Shown: positions 44,113 to 54,099, counted from the first letter of the stretch. The stretch: DNA of 64,000 bases from an uncultured delta proteobacterium (GCA_963769935.1 CAVYNY010000036.1:1-64000), one strand, 5' to 3'. A program made the numbers and translations. Notes: generated by a model from the sequence alone, not told the origin.

Positions 44113-45555
44113 ATGGAGACCGCAAAAGAGCAGCTTCAATTCATTGACGCACGCACTGAAGTAAGCCTGCAGGAAAAAACTTTCCTGGTGCAGGGAGCCG
44201 CAAAAATTCCCATCAATGCTGAACGCGCCTCGAAGTATTCGCTCTTCTTTCGGTATACGGAGGATAAACAACTCTACGACTCAAACCAGCCGGTCAACCT
44301 GCTGATTAATAACAATGGTGATAGCTTCGAGGTCGGCCCCTGCAGGATTCTTACGGGATCCGATATGAACGGGTATTCCGGCTGCCTGGTCTTTACCCAT
44401 GATACCTATGACGTCGAGAGTCTGCTTTCTAAAAATAAGGTTATAAGGCTGCAGCTCCCGATCAACGATCTTCACCTTGCATTGGCGCGTAAGAATAAGG
44501 TCCGGCCGGCGTTTAAAGAATATATTGCCAATCTTTCCTATGACTTGAGCGTATATAAAAAACTGTTTGATGATCTGGATTTAAAATACAGCGAAGAACC
44601 TGACGTGGTAAAAATCGCCGTTCAAAAAGCCATTGTCGAGTCGGAAGGTCCGGATTTTAGAGAATTCTTTGAAGAAAAACTGGACGAATTAAAAAAAATT
44701 GTGGAAGGATTCACTCCGGAAGAACATCAGCTTCATGGATTTTATTTCCGAAAACAACTCTGGAATTATATCATCAGCTGTCCTTTTACAGCTCGCGCTG
44801 CATTAAAACCCAGAGGATACCCCGGAGATTCCGGATTGATGCGGATGGTATACTTAAATAATTACCAGGGAGATTCGACCTTTTCAAAATTAGCCCATAA
44901 ACACGCCGTTGAGCATACAGCGGCGCAATCGGTGCGATATAGAATAGCCCTAATCCCACAAATGCTCAATAATTTAGCAATTTCTCCCCCGATGCCGGCC
45001 TCGGAAAGGCTCAAAGTTTTATCGGTAGGCTGTGGTCCTGCCTTTGAGCTTCAGCAAATCCTAAAATCTTCGCAGGATTGCGAAAAATATTATTTTAAAT
45101 TATTTGACCAGGATCCTGCGGCCCTTGCCGAGGCAGCCGAGGTAGCAAGCGGAATAGAGAAAAAATTAGGCGCCGCACCCGCAGTAGAATACGTACAGGG
45201 GTCTGTCAGATTAATGCTTTTCTCCCGCCAGCTCAAGCAGAAGTGGGGCCGATTCCATTTTATTTATTCCATGGGTCTGTTTGACTACCTGAATTCCCGG
45301 GTAGCAGCTGCCGTGCTTGATCGCCTTTATCGATTACTGAAACCGGGCGGCGAGTTGGTAGTCGGAAACTTTCATGTATCGAACGCTTCAAGATATTATA
45401 TGCAATACTGGGGCAATTGGGTCCTTTTGCATCGCACAGAAAAAGAATTCAAGAGTTTGTTCCAGAATAATTCATGCGCCGAAGTTTCCGTACTTTATGA
45501 TAAAACAGGAAGTCAAATGTTTCTACACATCAAAAAGCCCAGAGCGAACGTCTAA
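44113..45555 (+). CDS. PhcB-like class I SAM-dependent methyltransferase with N-terminal extension
   Basis: KPRGYPGD, VLSVGCGPAFE, FDQD, IYSMGLFDYL, LKPGGELVVGNF, W.LLHRT. Confidence 0.8.
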   Translation: METAKEQLQFIDARTEVSLQEKTFLVQGAAKIPINAERASKYSLFFRYTEDKQLYDSNQPVNLLINNNGDSFEVGPCRILTGSDMNGYSGCLVFTHDTYDVESLLSKNKVIRLQLPINDLHLALARKNKVRPAFKEYIANLSYDLSVYKKLFDDLDLKYSEEPDVVKIAVQKAIVESEGPDFREFFEEKLDELKKIVEGFTPEEHQLHGFYFRKQLWNYIISCPFTARAALKPRGYPGDSGLMRMVYLNNYQGDSTFSKLAHKHAVEHTAAQSVRYRIALIPQMLNNLAISPPMPASERLKVLSVGCGPAFELQQILKSSQDCEKYYFKLFDQDPAALAEAAEVASGIEKKLGAAPAVEYVQGSVRLMLFSRQLKQKWGRFHFIYSMGLFDYLNSRVAAAVLDRLYRLLKPGGELVVGNFHVSNASRYYMQYWGNWVLLHRTEKEFKSLFQNNSCAEVSVLYDKTGSQMFLHIKKPRANV

Positions 45556-45683
45556 TTCAAAAAGCGGCCGGTAATCCGGTTTAACCCTGCTGACTTTCAA
45601 TTCAATCCGAACCACCTCCGACCGTCTTGGGAACTTACCCGATAGCCACAAAATTGATTCAAATCAGCTAATCGCCGACAGAC

Positions 45684-45697
45684 GTCAATCCATTGAC
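45684..45697. promoter_or_regulatory. Palindrome, candidate enhancer-binding site
   Basis: GTCAAT-CC-ATTGAC about 135-150 bp upstream of the sigma54 site. Confidence 0.35.
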
Positions 45698-45830
45698 TGT
45701 GCCTGGTGTAAAAGCTTATCACAGATAAAATCTCTGCCTTCCGGAAGAGACTTAACAGATTCCCGGTATTCAGAATATAATAACTTCACGGCCGGTTGCA
45801 GCTTCCACAAATTCGATATAGCACTCATAC

Positions 45831-45846
45831 TGGCACATAAATTGCT
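45831..45846 (+). promoter_or_regulatory. Sigma54 -24/-12 promoter
   Basis: TGGCAC-ATAAA-TTGCT, exact consensus and spacing, 57 bp before ATG 45904. Confidence 0.8.
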
Positions 45847-45903
45847 TCGAATTATAGTGCCAGTTCCATAATCTTCCGTAACTTAAAATAATCGGGAAAA
45901 AGG

Positions 45904-46419
45904 ATGCCTATGGACAAATCGATAGAGTTTGAATTAAAATATAACAGCGGCGAGACAGAAAAGTTGGAACAAAAATGCACTAAATTCTTGAAATATCACG
46001 GATGTCCGGATGTTACAATTCAAGCCCAGATTATGATACTCAGGGAACTCATCATAAGCGGTGAGAAACTTGACGGCCGCAGGTCCGCCGAATTTGAAAT
46101 GACCGTGCATTTGCACATGGAAAACGATTCGATCACAGTCGAAATAAGGAAGCCTGTTGACGAATCCACCTATGGCAAGTTGCAGGAGTTGGATAAAACA
46201 ATTCAATGGATCCGGGGCTGTCAGGACCCGTTGGAGCCCTATATGTTGAAGCAGGACGCGACCGCCGATACCTCTCACATCTCGGGATCGAGCGGTTTTG
46301 CTCTCGCCCGCTTGGCACATGAAGCAAACGCAATTATTGACTTCTATGTCAGCGAGGACAATATTTTAAATTTGTCAGCCGTTAGAAACCTTGATGCCGA
46401 CGGTATAAATGTTGGTTAG
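45904..46419 (+). CDS. Degenerate HATPase-like (GHKL) small protein
   Basis: ILRELIISGEK at the N-box position, GSSGFALARLAHE at the G2-box position. Confidence 0.6.
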   Translation: MPMDKSIEFELKYNSGETEKLEQKCTKFLKYHGCPDVTIQAQIMILRELIISGEKLDGRRSAEFEMTVHLHMENDSITVEIRKPVDESTYGKLQELDKTIQWIRGCQDPLEPYMLKQDATADTSHISGSSGFALARLAHEANAIIDFYVSEDNILNLSAVRNLDADGINVG

Positions 46420-46436
46420 AATAGGGATATCGCTAA

Positions 46437-48407
46437 TTGGCGAACACGACATCCCCCCACCATAAATTTCAAATAAATTGGCTTACGCTTTCTTTTCCGA
46501 AAAATCTTGAAAAGGCCTTTCAGGACAGCTATTTCCAAAATTCCCTGCGGCAGGTTCGTATCGCATTGCTGTTGGGTTTATCACTTTACAGCGTTTTCGG
46601 AATCCTGGATGCATGGCTGGTGCCCGATGCAAAGTACAAGCTCTGGCTAATCCGCTATGCCATTTTCGCTCCCTATGTAATCGCCCTATACTTGCTGTCC
46701 TTCTCGCCGCATTTCAAAAAATACATGCAGCTGTCCATTGCCGTCGGGGTAACGATCGCCGGCTTGGGTATCACCGTCATGATACTGGTCGCGCCTTTCC
46801 CGGCAAGCTACTCTTACTATGCTGGATTATTGCTTGTTTTTATTTACGGATATACCTTCGTTAAACTTAGGTTTGTATGGGCATCGTTTGCCGGGTGGCT
46901 AATCGTGTTGTCTTACGAGATTGCGGCCATTTGGTTAAGCCCGACACCGATTCCAATTCTCGTCAACAACAACTTCTTCTTTCTCTCCGGCAACATATTG
47001 GGGATGTTTGCCTGCTACTCGATAGAATTCTATTCGCGCCGTGATTTTATGCAGGCCCATCTATTGAAAGCCGAAAGGAAAAAAGTCACCGCCGTCAACC
47101 TGGAGCTGGAAAACAGAGTGCAGGAGCGTACCGCTCAACTGGTCAACACCAACCAGGAGCTGAAACAAGAAATTGCAGAACGCAAACGGGCTGAAAATGA
47201 ACGACGATATCTGGAAACTCAGCTGCGTAAATCTCAAAAAATGGAGGCGATCGGCACCCTGGCCGGCGGCGTGGCCCATGATCTCAACAACATCCTGTCC
47301 GGCCTGGTGAGCTACCCGGAGCTATTACTTCTGGATCTCCCCGCGGACAGCCCCTTGCAGCAGCCATTATTGACGATTCAGGAGTCCGGGCACAAAGCAG
47401 CCGCCATTGTTCAGGATTTATTGACCCTGGCCAGAAGGGGCGTCTCCGTCACCGAGGTGATGAACCTGAATCGGTTAATCGGTAAGTATTTAAACAGCCC
47501 CGAAAATTATAAGATTTTAGGATACCACCCTGCAATAAAAGTTACCGTCCGCCTGCAGGAAGATTTATTCAACATCATGGGATCACCCGTTCATCTTTCT
47601 AAGACGATTATGAATCTGGTCTGCAACGCAGCGGAAGCCATGCCCAACGGCGGAGAAATACTGATTGCCACCACCAATCGTTATCTCGATAAATCCATAA
47701 AAGGCTTTGAAGCTGTTGATGAAGGCGATTACGTGACGCTTACGGTTTCCGACACCGGCATCGGAATTTCTCCCCAGGACATCGAACGCATATTTGAACC
47801 CTTCTACACCAATAAAACCATGGGGCGCAGCGGAACCGGTCTGGGCATGGCCGTGGTTTGGGGAACCGTGAAAGATCATAACGGCTATATTGATGTGAAA
47901 AGCGAACTGGGCTTGGGAACCACCTTTACACTTTATTTTCCTGTCACCCGCCAAGCCATGGCTGAAGAAATACCCAGGATATCGCCGGAAAAATACAAAG
48001 GTCACGGCGAGTCGATTTTAATTGTTGACGATATTAAGCAGCAGAGGGATATCGCGTCGGAAATGCTCAAAAAATTGGGCTATAATGTGATATCGGTCCC
48101 CAGCGGTGAAGAAGCGCTCAAATACCTGAAAGAAAATGAAGCCGATCTGCTGGTGCTGGATATGATTATGAACCCCGGAATGAACGGTCTTGAAACCTAC
48201 AAAAAAATTCTGCATTATCATCCCGAGCAAAGAGCCGTCATCGCCAGCGGGTTTTCGGATTCCGAGCTGGTAAGGGAAGCCCACAGCATGGGCGTTGGAA
48301 CTTACGTTAAAAAGCCCTACTCCTTTGAAAAGATCGGCGTGGCCGTCAGGGACGAGCTGGCGAGGCAGGATCCCCGCCGACGCAAATCGATCGTTTTTAC
48401 AACCTGA
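46437..48407 (+). CDS. Membrane-bound hybrid sensor histidine kinase (~6 TM, HisKA, HATPase, REC)
   Basis: TM domain with YYAGL; GVAHDLNN, NAAEAM, DTGIG, GTGLG; REC VDD, LDM, SG, KP. Confidence 0.93.
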   Translation: MANTTSPHHKFQINWLTLSFPKNLEKAFQDSYFQNSLRQVRIALLLGLSLYSVFGILDAWLVPDAKYKLWLIRYAIFAPYVIALYLLSFSPHFKKYMQLSIAVGVTIAGLGITVMILVAPFPASYSYYAGLLLVFIYGYTFVKLRFVWASFAGWLIVLSYEIAAIWLSPTPIPILVNNNFFFLSGNILGMFACYSIEFYSRRDFMQAHLLKAERKKVTAVNLELENRVQERTAQLVNTNQELKQEIAERKRAENERRYLETQLRKSQKMEAIGTLAGGVAHDLNNILSGLVSYPELLLLDLPADSPLQQPLLTIQESGHKAAAIVQDLLTLARRGVSVTEVMNLNRLIGKYLNSPENYKILGYHPAIKVTVRLQEDLFNIMGSPVHLSKTIMNLVCNAAEAMPNGGEILIATTNRYLDKSIKGFEAVDEGDYVTLTVSDTGIGISPQDIERIFEPFYTNKTMGRSGTGLGMAVVWGTVKDHNGYIDVKSELGLGTTFTLYFPVTRQAMAEEIPRISPEKYKGHGESILIVDDIKQQRDIASEMLKKLGYNVISVPSGEEALKYLKENEADLLVLDMIMNPGMNGLETYKKILHYHPEQRAVIASGFSDSELVREAHSMGVGTYVKKPYSFEKIGVAVRDELARQDPRRRKSIVFTT

Positions 48408-49599
48408 TAAAGCCGCTAAAAATCGATCCAGCCATGATCAGCCCTCCCACAAGCGCAATGCCCAACCCGAATGAATAAAAATCTCCGATAATGCCGATCA
48501 GCATTGGTGCCGCTCCACCGCCCATCAAAAAAGCGAAGGGGACCGTGAATGAAATCATAATGCTTCTCTCTTTGGCTGAACTGACCATGGACAACGCCGA
48601 CAGTCCGGCGGGAAAAAAGCAAACCGCCATGGCCGGCTGCAGAAAGACGGCGACGGTGACCCATGATGAAGATGCCAGACCGATGAAGATGGTCATGGTT
48701 CCGGTCAATACCAGGACAAGCCTTATAACTCGTTTCGGACCGAAATTATCCGCCGCCCACCCGCCGGCCAGCGCCATAAATGGCCCGGCTATTCTCGAAA
48801 CAGCGATCAGAGTATTGGCCCAGTCCAGATCCAGACCGTGGTCGCTTACCAGGTAAAGCGGCAGCATGGTGTAAATCCCGAGGGTGCCGCTGATGCCCAG
48901 ACTGAATAGAATCACCATAATCCAGAAGGAAGGGTTCGCTAAAATCTGCCGGAATGATGAATACCCGACGGATTCACCGCAAAAGTCGCCGCCCCGCCCG
49001 AACCGGATAAAGATCAATGCCAGTAAAAGCGCGCCGATTCCGAGCACCAGGAAAACCGTGCGCCAGGAAAACCAGAGCAAAAAAATTTCAGCTATCACCG
49101 GCGCCAGCACGAAACTGAGATTGGGCGCCATTTCATGAATGGCGATCGCCTTGCCCCATTGCCGGGGCTTGATTAAAGTGGTCAGGGTGGCCAGCCCGGA
49201 CGGTAAATAAGGGCCGGCCGCCATTCCCAGCGCGACTAATCCCAAGCGCATACCCCACAAGCCCGAGCTGAAGGAAGTGAATAACAAGGCCACGCCCGAG
49301 GCGATGCTGGAAAAGATAATCGTTCTGCGATGGGTCAGGCGGGACGAAATAAATCCCGATGCCAACAATGTCGTGAAGTATCCCACCGAAATCAAGAGAA
49401 AGAGAGAACCCGCTTCGGCATTGCTCAAGGCCAGATCGGATTTGACTCTGGGCATCAGGGGGGCCAGGACAATGCGGGATAAAAAACTGACAAAAAAGAT
49501 GGAAGTGAGAAGCAAAAGCGGCGGCAGCCGGGCAAAAAATGTCTCCCCGGCGTGAGGCTCGGTATCGTCGACGTCCGGCCGGGGCGAGCTAGTCGTCAT
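48397..49599 (-). CDS. MFS transporter
   Basis: About 12 TM; G..SSRL..R and GGWAADNFGPK motif A variants. Confidence 0.88.
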   Translation of the reverse strand: MTTSSPRPDVDDTEPHAGETFFARLPPLLLLTSIFFVSFLSRIVLAPLMPRVKSDLALSNAEAGSLFLLISVGYFTTLLASGFISSRLTHRRTIIFSSIASGVALLFTSFSSGLWGMRLGLVALGMAAGPYLPSGLATLTTLIKPRQWGKAIAIHEMAPNLSFVLAPVIAEIFLLWFSWRTVFLVLGIGALLLALIFIRFGRGGDFCGESVGYSSFRQILANPSFWIMVILFSLGISGTLGIYTMLPLYLVSDHGLDLDWANTLIAVSRIAGPFMALAGGWAADNFGPKRVIRLVLVLTGTMTIFIGLASSSWVTVAVFLQPAMAVCFFPAGLSALSMVSSAKERSIMISFTVPFAFLMGGGAAPMLIGIIGDFYSFGLGIALVGGLIMAGSIFSGFIRL

Positions 49600-50389
49600 A
49601 TTCGCATTGCCCATTCAGATCATATACCTCTATAATCGGCGGATCAAACAGAACCTGTCCGATAACAAGGCGCTTTAATCCGGTATTATCCAGCCTTCGC
49701 AAGATTCGGGCAATTCCTCGTCCTGCCGCAAGATTTTGGGGGACATCCGCCTGGTTGCAAAAAGCGATGCGCGCAGCTTCAACTGGTGCATTCTTAAATA
49801 TCCCGTTTTTGTCGACCAGGAGATTTGCGACGGCGGTATCAGTGACATCCGCCCCCGGTTCAAGCCCTGTCACTTCAATAAATTGAGGCCGCCTGAAAAC
49901 CCACTGATCGTTCAAGGGTTGGCCGAGGCCATTTAGACCCACAAGTCCCACCAGGTGTGTCGTACAACCCGGAATAACCGGTTCATGGTCGGCCGGCACT
50001 TTCAACGGTCGGCCGGCCGCCCCATCGGCTTCCACGATAATCCATCGAAACAACCGACTCTTGCGGATATCATCGACAATTTCGGGTAAAAAACCGCCAA
50101 GTTTACCCTGCTCCGGCAGTCTTGCGGCAGCGGCGCAGATATGCGCCTGATTTTTCAGCAGTACCTGCGCCTGCGCCAGCAGCCCTGATGCGGATTCGGC
50201 CAATATCACCCGGGTCGCCTGATCCGGTGTAGGCTCAAAAATTTTAGTGGTTGTGGTGGTCAGAACGGTCTCCCCGGCTTTTGTCAATTCACGGGCCAGT
50301 CTGAACATCAGGCTGGTTTTACCGCCCGCCCCCACCAGGCTGACGACCCCGCCGTCCGCCAACATTAACCCTTCCTGCAGTGAAACCAA
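49589..50389 (-). CDS. yqeC: Selenium cofactor biosynthesis protein YqeC
   Basis: VGAGGKTS, VLTTTTTKI, VEADGA..RPLK.P..HEP.IP. Confidence 0.9.
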   Translation of the reverse strand: MVSLQEGLMLADGGVVSLVGAGGKTSLMFRLARELTKAGETVLTTTTTKIFEPTPDQATRVILAESASGLLAQAQVLLKNQAHICAAAARLPEQGKLGGFLPEIVDDIRKSRLFRWIIVEADGAAGRPLKVPADHEPVIPGCTTHLVGLVGLNGLGQPLNDQWVFRRPQFIEVTGLEPGADVTDTAVANLLVDKNGIFKNAPVEAARIAFCNQADVPQNLAAGRGIARILRRLDNTGLKRLVIGQVLFDPPIIEVYDLNGQCEYDD

Positions 50390-50441
50390 ATTTTGTTACC
50401 TTCATTCCCAGAGCAAAGAAGGCTGGCCCTGAGGAAAGTTC

Positions 50442-51248
50442 TCAATAATTATACTTCCTTAAAATCGCTTCCAGCACTGACCCGGCAATCGCGCGGGCTT
50501 TATCAGAGATTGTGCAACAATAACCCGCCTCACCCCTTGGATCGATATCACCGATTTTTAAACCTCGCGTAACCTCGATATCGGGACGAATAAGTCCGCG
50601 CAGAACACCATCTATCCGGGACCGAACATCATTTCCCCCAACTGAACCAACGATTTGATCACAGCGGACGGAATCTCCGATTTTCAGTTTCGGCTGAAAT
50701 CGACCGTCGGCCGGTGCCCGCAACACCCGCTCCTCGGCAAAACCGCCGATGGAGCCGGGAATTCCGGTATTGGGCGCAGCGCAGCCGGTCGTAATAATCC
50801 GGCCCAGATTGTGCCCCCGATTGGTTTCAACCACCATATGGACATCCTGGCCGGCATTGAAGCCGGGCCCCAGACCGATCACAAGCTCGGCATCGGTCAT
50901 CCGGGTCCCCAGATTTCTTTTGGCCAAAAGGGCGTCTACAATTACATTGGGCCGGATCGAGCTTAATGCCAGCCACCTGGGATCCACAATGACGGCAATA
51001 TTATTCTTTTCCCAGCATGTTTTAACCTCGACCGGATTAGCTGCCAGCACCGCCGTAACTTCTTCAACCTGCTTTTGTCCATCATGCACCGCCTCACAAA
51101 ACGAAACCTCACGTCGCACAGCAAGCGGATGGTCGGTTTCCAGCATGACGATGTTTTTAAAATTGGCCCTGAATAACCGCCAGGCCACGGAGCTGCCCAT
51201 TTCTCCGGCGCCTTTAACGGCAAAGATAAGGTCACGCAACTTGGTCAT
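50442..51248 (-). CDS. yqeB: Selenium-dependent molybdenum hydroxylase system protein YqeB
   Basis: KGAGEMGS, AVRR.VSF, GLGPGF.AG, ETNRGH.LG, KIGDIDPR, SDKARAIAG. Confidence 0.92.
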   Translation of the reverse strand: MTKLRDLIFAVKGAGEMGSSVAWRLFRANFKNIVMLETDHPLAVRREVSFCEAVHDGQKQVEEVTAVLAANPVEVKTCWEKNNIAVIVDPRWLALSSIRPNVIVDALLAKRNLGTRMTDAELVIGLGPGFNAGQDVHMVVETNRGHNLGRIITTGCAAPNTGIPGSIGGFAEERVLRAPADGRFQPKLKIGDSVRCDQIVGSVGGNDVRSRIDGVLRGLIRPDIEVTRGLKIGDIDPRGEAGYCCTISDKARAIAGSVLEAILRKYNY

Positions 51249-51318
51249 TTGAGAGATCCTTTTTTAAATATAGAATGAAGCAGCCAAATGACATCGGAAA
51301 GAAGACGGAAGTCTGAAG

Positions 51319-52014
51319 TCAGAGAGCTTCTTCCTTGTCAAATTCACGGCCGGAAACACCCTTTTCCGCTTCATACTCTTGGATCCACCGTCGGATGCGT
51401 TCTTGTCCGTATTCTTTTTCCCAGGCTGCTACAATTTCTCCGACCGGAATATCGGGGTAGGCCCCATGGTCCGCTACATACTCCATAAACTGCTTATTGT
51501 CCGTGTTGAACGGTTGAAATATGGAGTCCTGACGGCCATCGAATTCTAAGGGGATTACCCTGTGCCGCTTGCAAAGCTGGATGTTGAAGGCCGGGGTGGC
51601 TTTACACCACCGGCCGTTCAGATAAAACTCGGTAAAACCGTGATAGACGAACAGGTCGGATCCGAGAAACTCCAACAGCTGTTTGGTCGCCAGATGGTTG
51701 CGGACATCGGCAAATCCCACCCTTGAGGGAATACCGCAAGCCCGGCCCAGTGCGCAGAGGAGCGTCGCTTTGCCGACGCAAAACGCCCGGCCCTTTTTTA
51801 AAACATTGCTTGCACGGTAATGTTCCGGCCGGTAAAACGGCAGATATGGATCATACCAGATGACGTCTCTGACAGCATAATATAGCTTTACGGCCATTGA
51901 AACCGGATCCGGGCCGGCGTCCTTAACCGCCGTGCCGGCATAGCTCACAATAGTTTCGTGATCACTATCGATAATCGGCGTGGGTGTGAGATAGACGCTA
52001 TGTTCCGAACCCAT
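51319..52014 (-). CDS. Transglutaminase-like protein
   Basis: FCVGKA (Cys), YHGFTE.YLNGRW. Confidence 0.85.
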   Translation of the reverse strand: MGSEHSVYLTPTPIIDSDHETIVSYAGTAVKDAGPDPVSMAVKLYYAVRDVIWYDPYLPFYRPEHYRASNVLKKGRAFCVGKATLLCALGRACGIPSRVGFADVRNHLATKQLLEFLGSDLFVYHGFTEFYLNGRWCKATPAFNIQLCKRHRVIPLEFDGRQDSIFQPFNTDNKQFMEYVADHGAYPDIPVGEIVAAWEKEYGQERIRRWIQEYEAEKGVSGREFDKEEAL

Positions 52015-52244
52015 CTATTTCTTCCTTTACATCCTTGACCGCTTCGAAATTAGCGATAAAGGCAATCATTTCAGGCGTGCATACGTATACTGTATACCAG
52101 CAATAAAAGACTCCGTCAAAGGAATGATGTTGGAAAATTTATAAAAAAATTTGACTTATAAAAGGGTTGAACATTCGGTTGTAGATAATATAAGCGGGTT
52201 GTGGTAATATTGCCCCAAAAATATTTGAATGAAAGGAGCAACGG

Positions 52245-52577
52245 ATGGCATCAAAAGTTATGGTAATTATTTCGACGGCGGAAAAAAACAAGGCCTTGAC
52301 CGGTATCATGTATGCGGTCAATGCCCAAAAAAACAAATGGGTCGAAGATCTCAAGGTAATATTCTTTGGACCGTTCGAAAACCTGCTGTGCGAGGATGAA
52401 GAGGTCGTACAGGCGGCATCCCGTCTGCTGGATTACGAAACCCCCATAGCCTGTAAATTTTTGTCGGATCGCGACGGCATCAGCGAAAAACTTGAAAAAA
52501 TGGGCATCAACGTCGAATATGTGGGCTCACTGATTTCAGGCTATATTGAGGAAGGCTATACCCCCCTTGTGTTTTAA
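52245..52577 (+). CDS. DsrE family protein
   Basis: V.VIFFGP, IAC..., I.EGY..L.F; AAGGAG RBS. Confidence 0.7.
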   Translation: MASKVMVIISTAEKNKALTGIMYAVNAQKNKWVEDLKVIFFGPFENLLCEDEEVVQAASRLLDYETPIACKFLSDRDGISEKLEKMGINVEYVGSLISGYIEEGYTPLVF

Positions 52578-52983
52578 TTGGACAATCAGGGTCTTCTATC
52601 CGGCAAAATTCCAGCGGACAAATCAGGTTTCAGGTGTCAGGTTTCGGGTGTCAGGTCTCAAAGACGTTAGACCCCGGTATCTGACATGGGGAACCTTAAG
52701 AAGCGCCTTGAATTATCCATATGTTGGCGATTCGCCGGCGCCTTCTTCATCCGAGCACAGTCATCATGGAAAAAACCTATAATTACGGCAAGGCTGCTGA
52801 AACAGCAGAATTACAGAATAACTTATGTCGACGGCTCCTGCGCGAACAATTTATGCGTCTGACACGTGAAACCTCATATGAAACTACATCTCACACAGAG
52901 CGCTCAGAGATCACAGAGGTCTGGGTTTACAACCGCCTGCGGCGAAAGAAAAATGTTCTCTGCGGTCTCTGTGAGCTCTAACG

Positions 52984-53018
52984 GCTTGTCGGGTCGTAGC
53001 TCGAAGAGCGAAGCCTGA
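52984..53018. repeat. Dispersed REP-like element, divergent copy 3
   Basis: GCTTGTCGGGTCGTAGCTCGAAGAGCGAAGCCTGA. Confidence 0.7.
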
Positions 53019-53129
53019 AAGTGGGCGTGATATTAAATCCAACTGTGTCCGATTTCCAAAAGTATCTTTTATGATCAGACCGGCCGTTGTTTTGGCCGGC
53101 GGCGGCGCTGACACCTGAAACCTTTTTTT

Positions 53130-53759
53130 ATGCCTCACAAAAAACAAACAGCCGGTATTATCTTAGCTGCCGGAATGTCGCTAAGGTTCGGGCAGCCCAA
53201 GCTGCTTATGAGGCTGGGCGACAAAAGTTTGCTTGAATGGGTGCTGGATGCTGCCCTGGCATCCCGTCTGGCCAAGGTTGTGCTGGTACTGGGGCATGAG
53301 CATCAGAAAATTTTGCAGACCCTGGGAACCAAAACCAGCCTGCCGCGCCTGCAAATTGTAATCAACCCTCGGTACCGGGAAGGCCAGAGCCGATCGCTTC
53401 AAGCCGGATTGTCAACTCTGCATAAAGCATTCCATTCGGTTATGTTTTTGCTCGGCGACCAGCCCCGGCTGCAATCAGATACGATAGATCTTCTGCTGGA
53501 AAGTTTCTGGAGTTCAGAAAAGGACATCTGTGTTCCGGTTTGCCGGAATAAAAGGGGCAATCCGACCATTTTCAGCCGCGCTCTTTATTCTAAGCTGATG
53601 GCGATCGAGGGTGATATCGGGGCCAGAGATATTATCCTGGAAAGTCCTGGCCAAGTGCTGTCCGTCGAAGTGGACGATCCACTGGGTTTTGTTGATATCG
53701 ACTCGCAGGAAGACCTTGCTGGACTTCAAAAGCTTCTCTCGAAGCCCGCTCCAGTATAA
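53130..53759 (+). CDS. mocA: Molybdenum cofactor cytidylyltransferase
   Basis: ILAAG.S.RFG.PK, GQS.SL..G, LGDQP, GNP, GD.GAR, DID. Confidence 0.85.
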   Translation: MPHKKQTAGIILAAGMSLRFGQPKLLMRLGDKSLLEWVLDAALASRLAKVVLVLGHEHQKILQTLGTKTSLPRLQIVINPRYREGQSRSLQAGLSTLHKAFHSVMFLLGDQPRLQSDTIDLLLESFWSSEKDICVPVCRNKRGNPTIFSRALYSKLMAIEGDIGARDIILESPGQVLSVEVDDPLGFVDIDSQEDLAGLQKLLSKPAPV

Positions 53760-53774
53760 ATAAGGAAAAGACGC

Positions 53775-53912
53775 ATGAAAAAGCTGCCCTGCAAACTTAT
53801 TGGACTTTTTTCTGTCACTATAGTTGTTGGGGTGCTGAGCTGCGCCGGCGGCACCCGGGGAGGATTGCCTAGGGTGGAAAATCCCACGCAAGAATTAAGT
53901 GACATCGGTTAA
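53775..53912 (+). pseudogene. Probable truncated lipoprotein gene (45 codons)
   Basis: MKK + hydrophobic stretch + VLSC lipobox, then an early stop. Confidence 0.4.
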
Positions 53913-53931
53913 ATAGGAATAGGGTATTGTC

Positions 53932-54099
53932 CTAACACCCACATATTGTCAGCCCAAAAATAGCGCCAAAGAGAGCACCGCCTGTCCCACTGACTTTAAA
54001 TCCGTAATAAGCGCAGGTGACAATCACAACCAGACCTGATAAGGATAATACAACAAACGGTGTTCTCCGAAAAAATTTTTTGTCCGACCTTAGTTTCAT
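53932..54099 (-). CDS. 55-aa two-TM small protein
   Basis: G-rich RBS; basic N-terminus, two hydrophobic segments, glycine-zipper-like GGALFGAIFG. Confidence 0.45.
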   Translation of the reverse strand: MKLRSDKKFFRRTPFVVLSLSGLVVIVTCAYYGFKVSGTGGALFGAIFGLTICGC

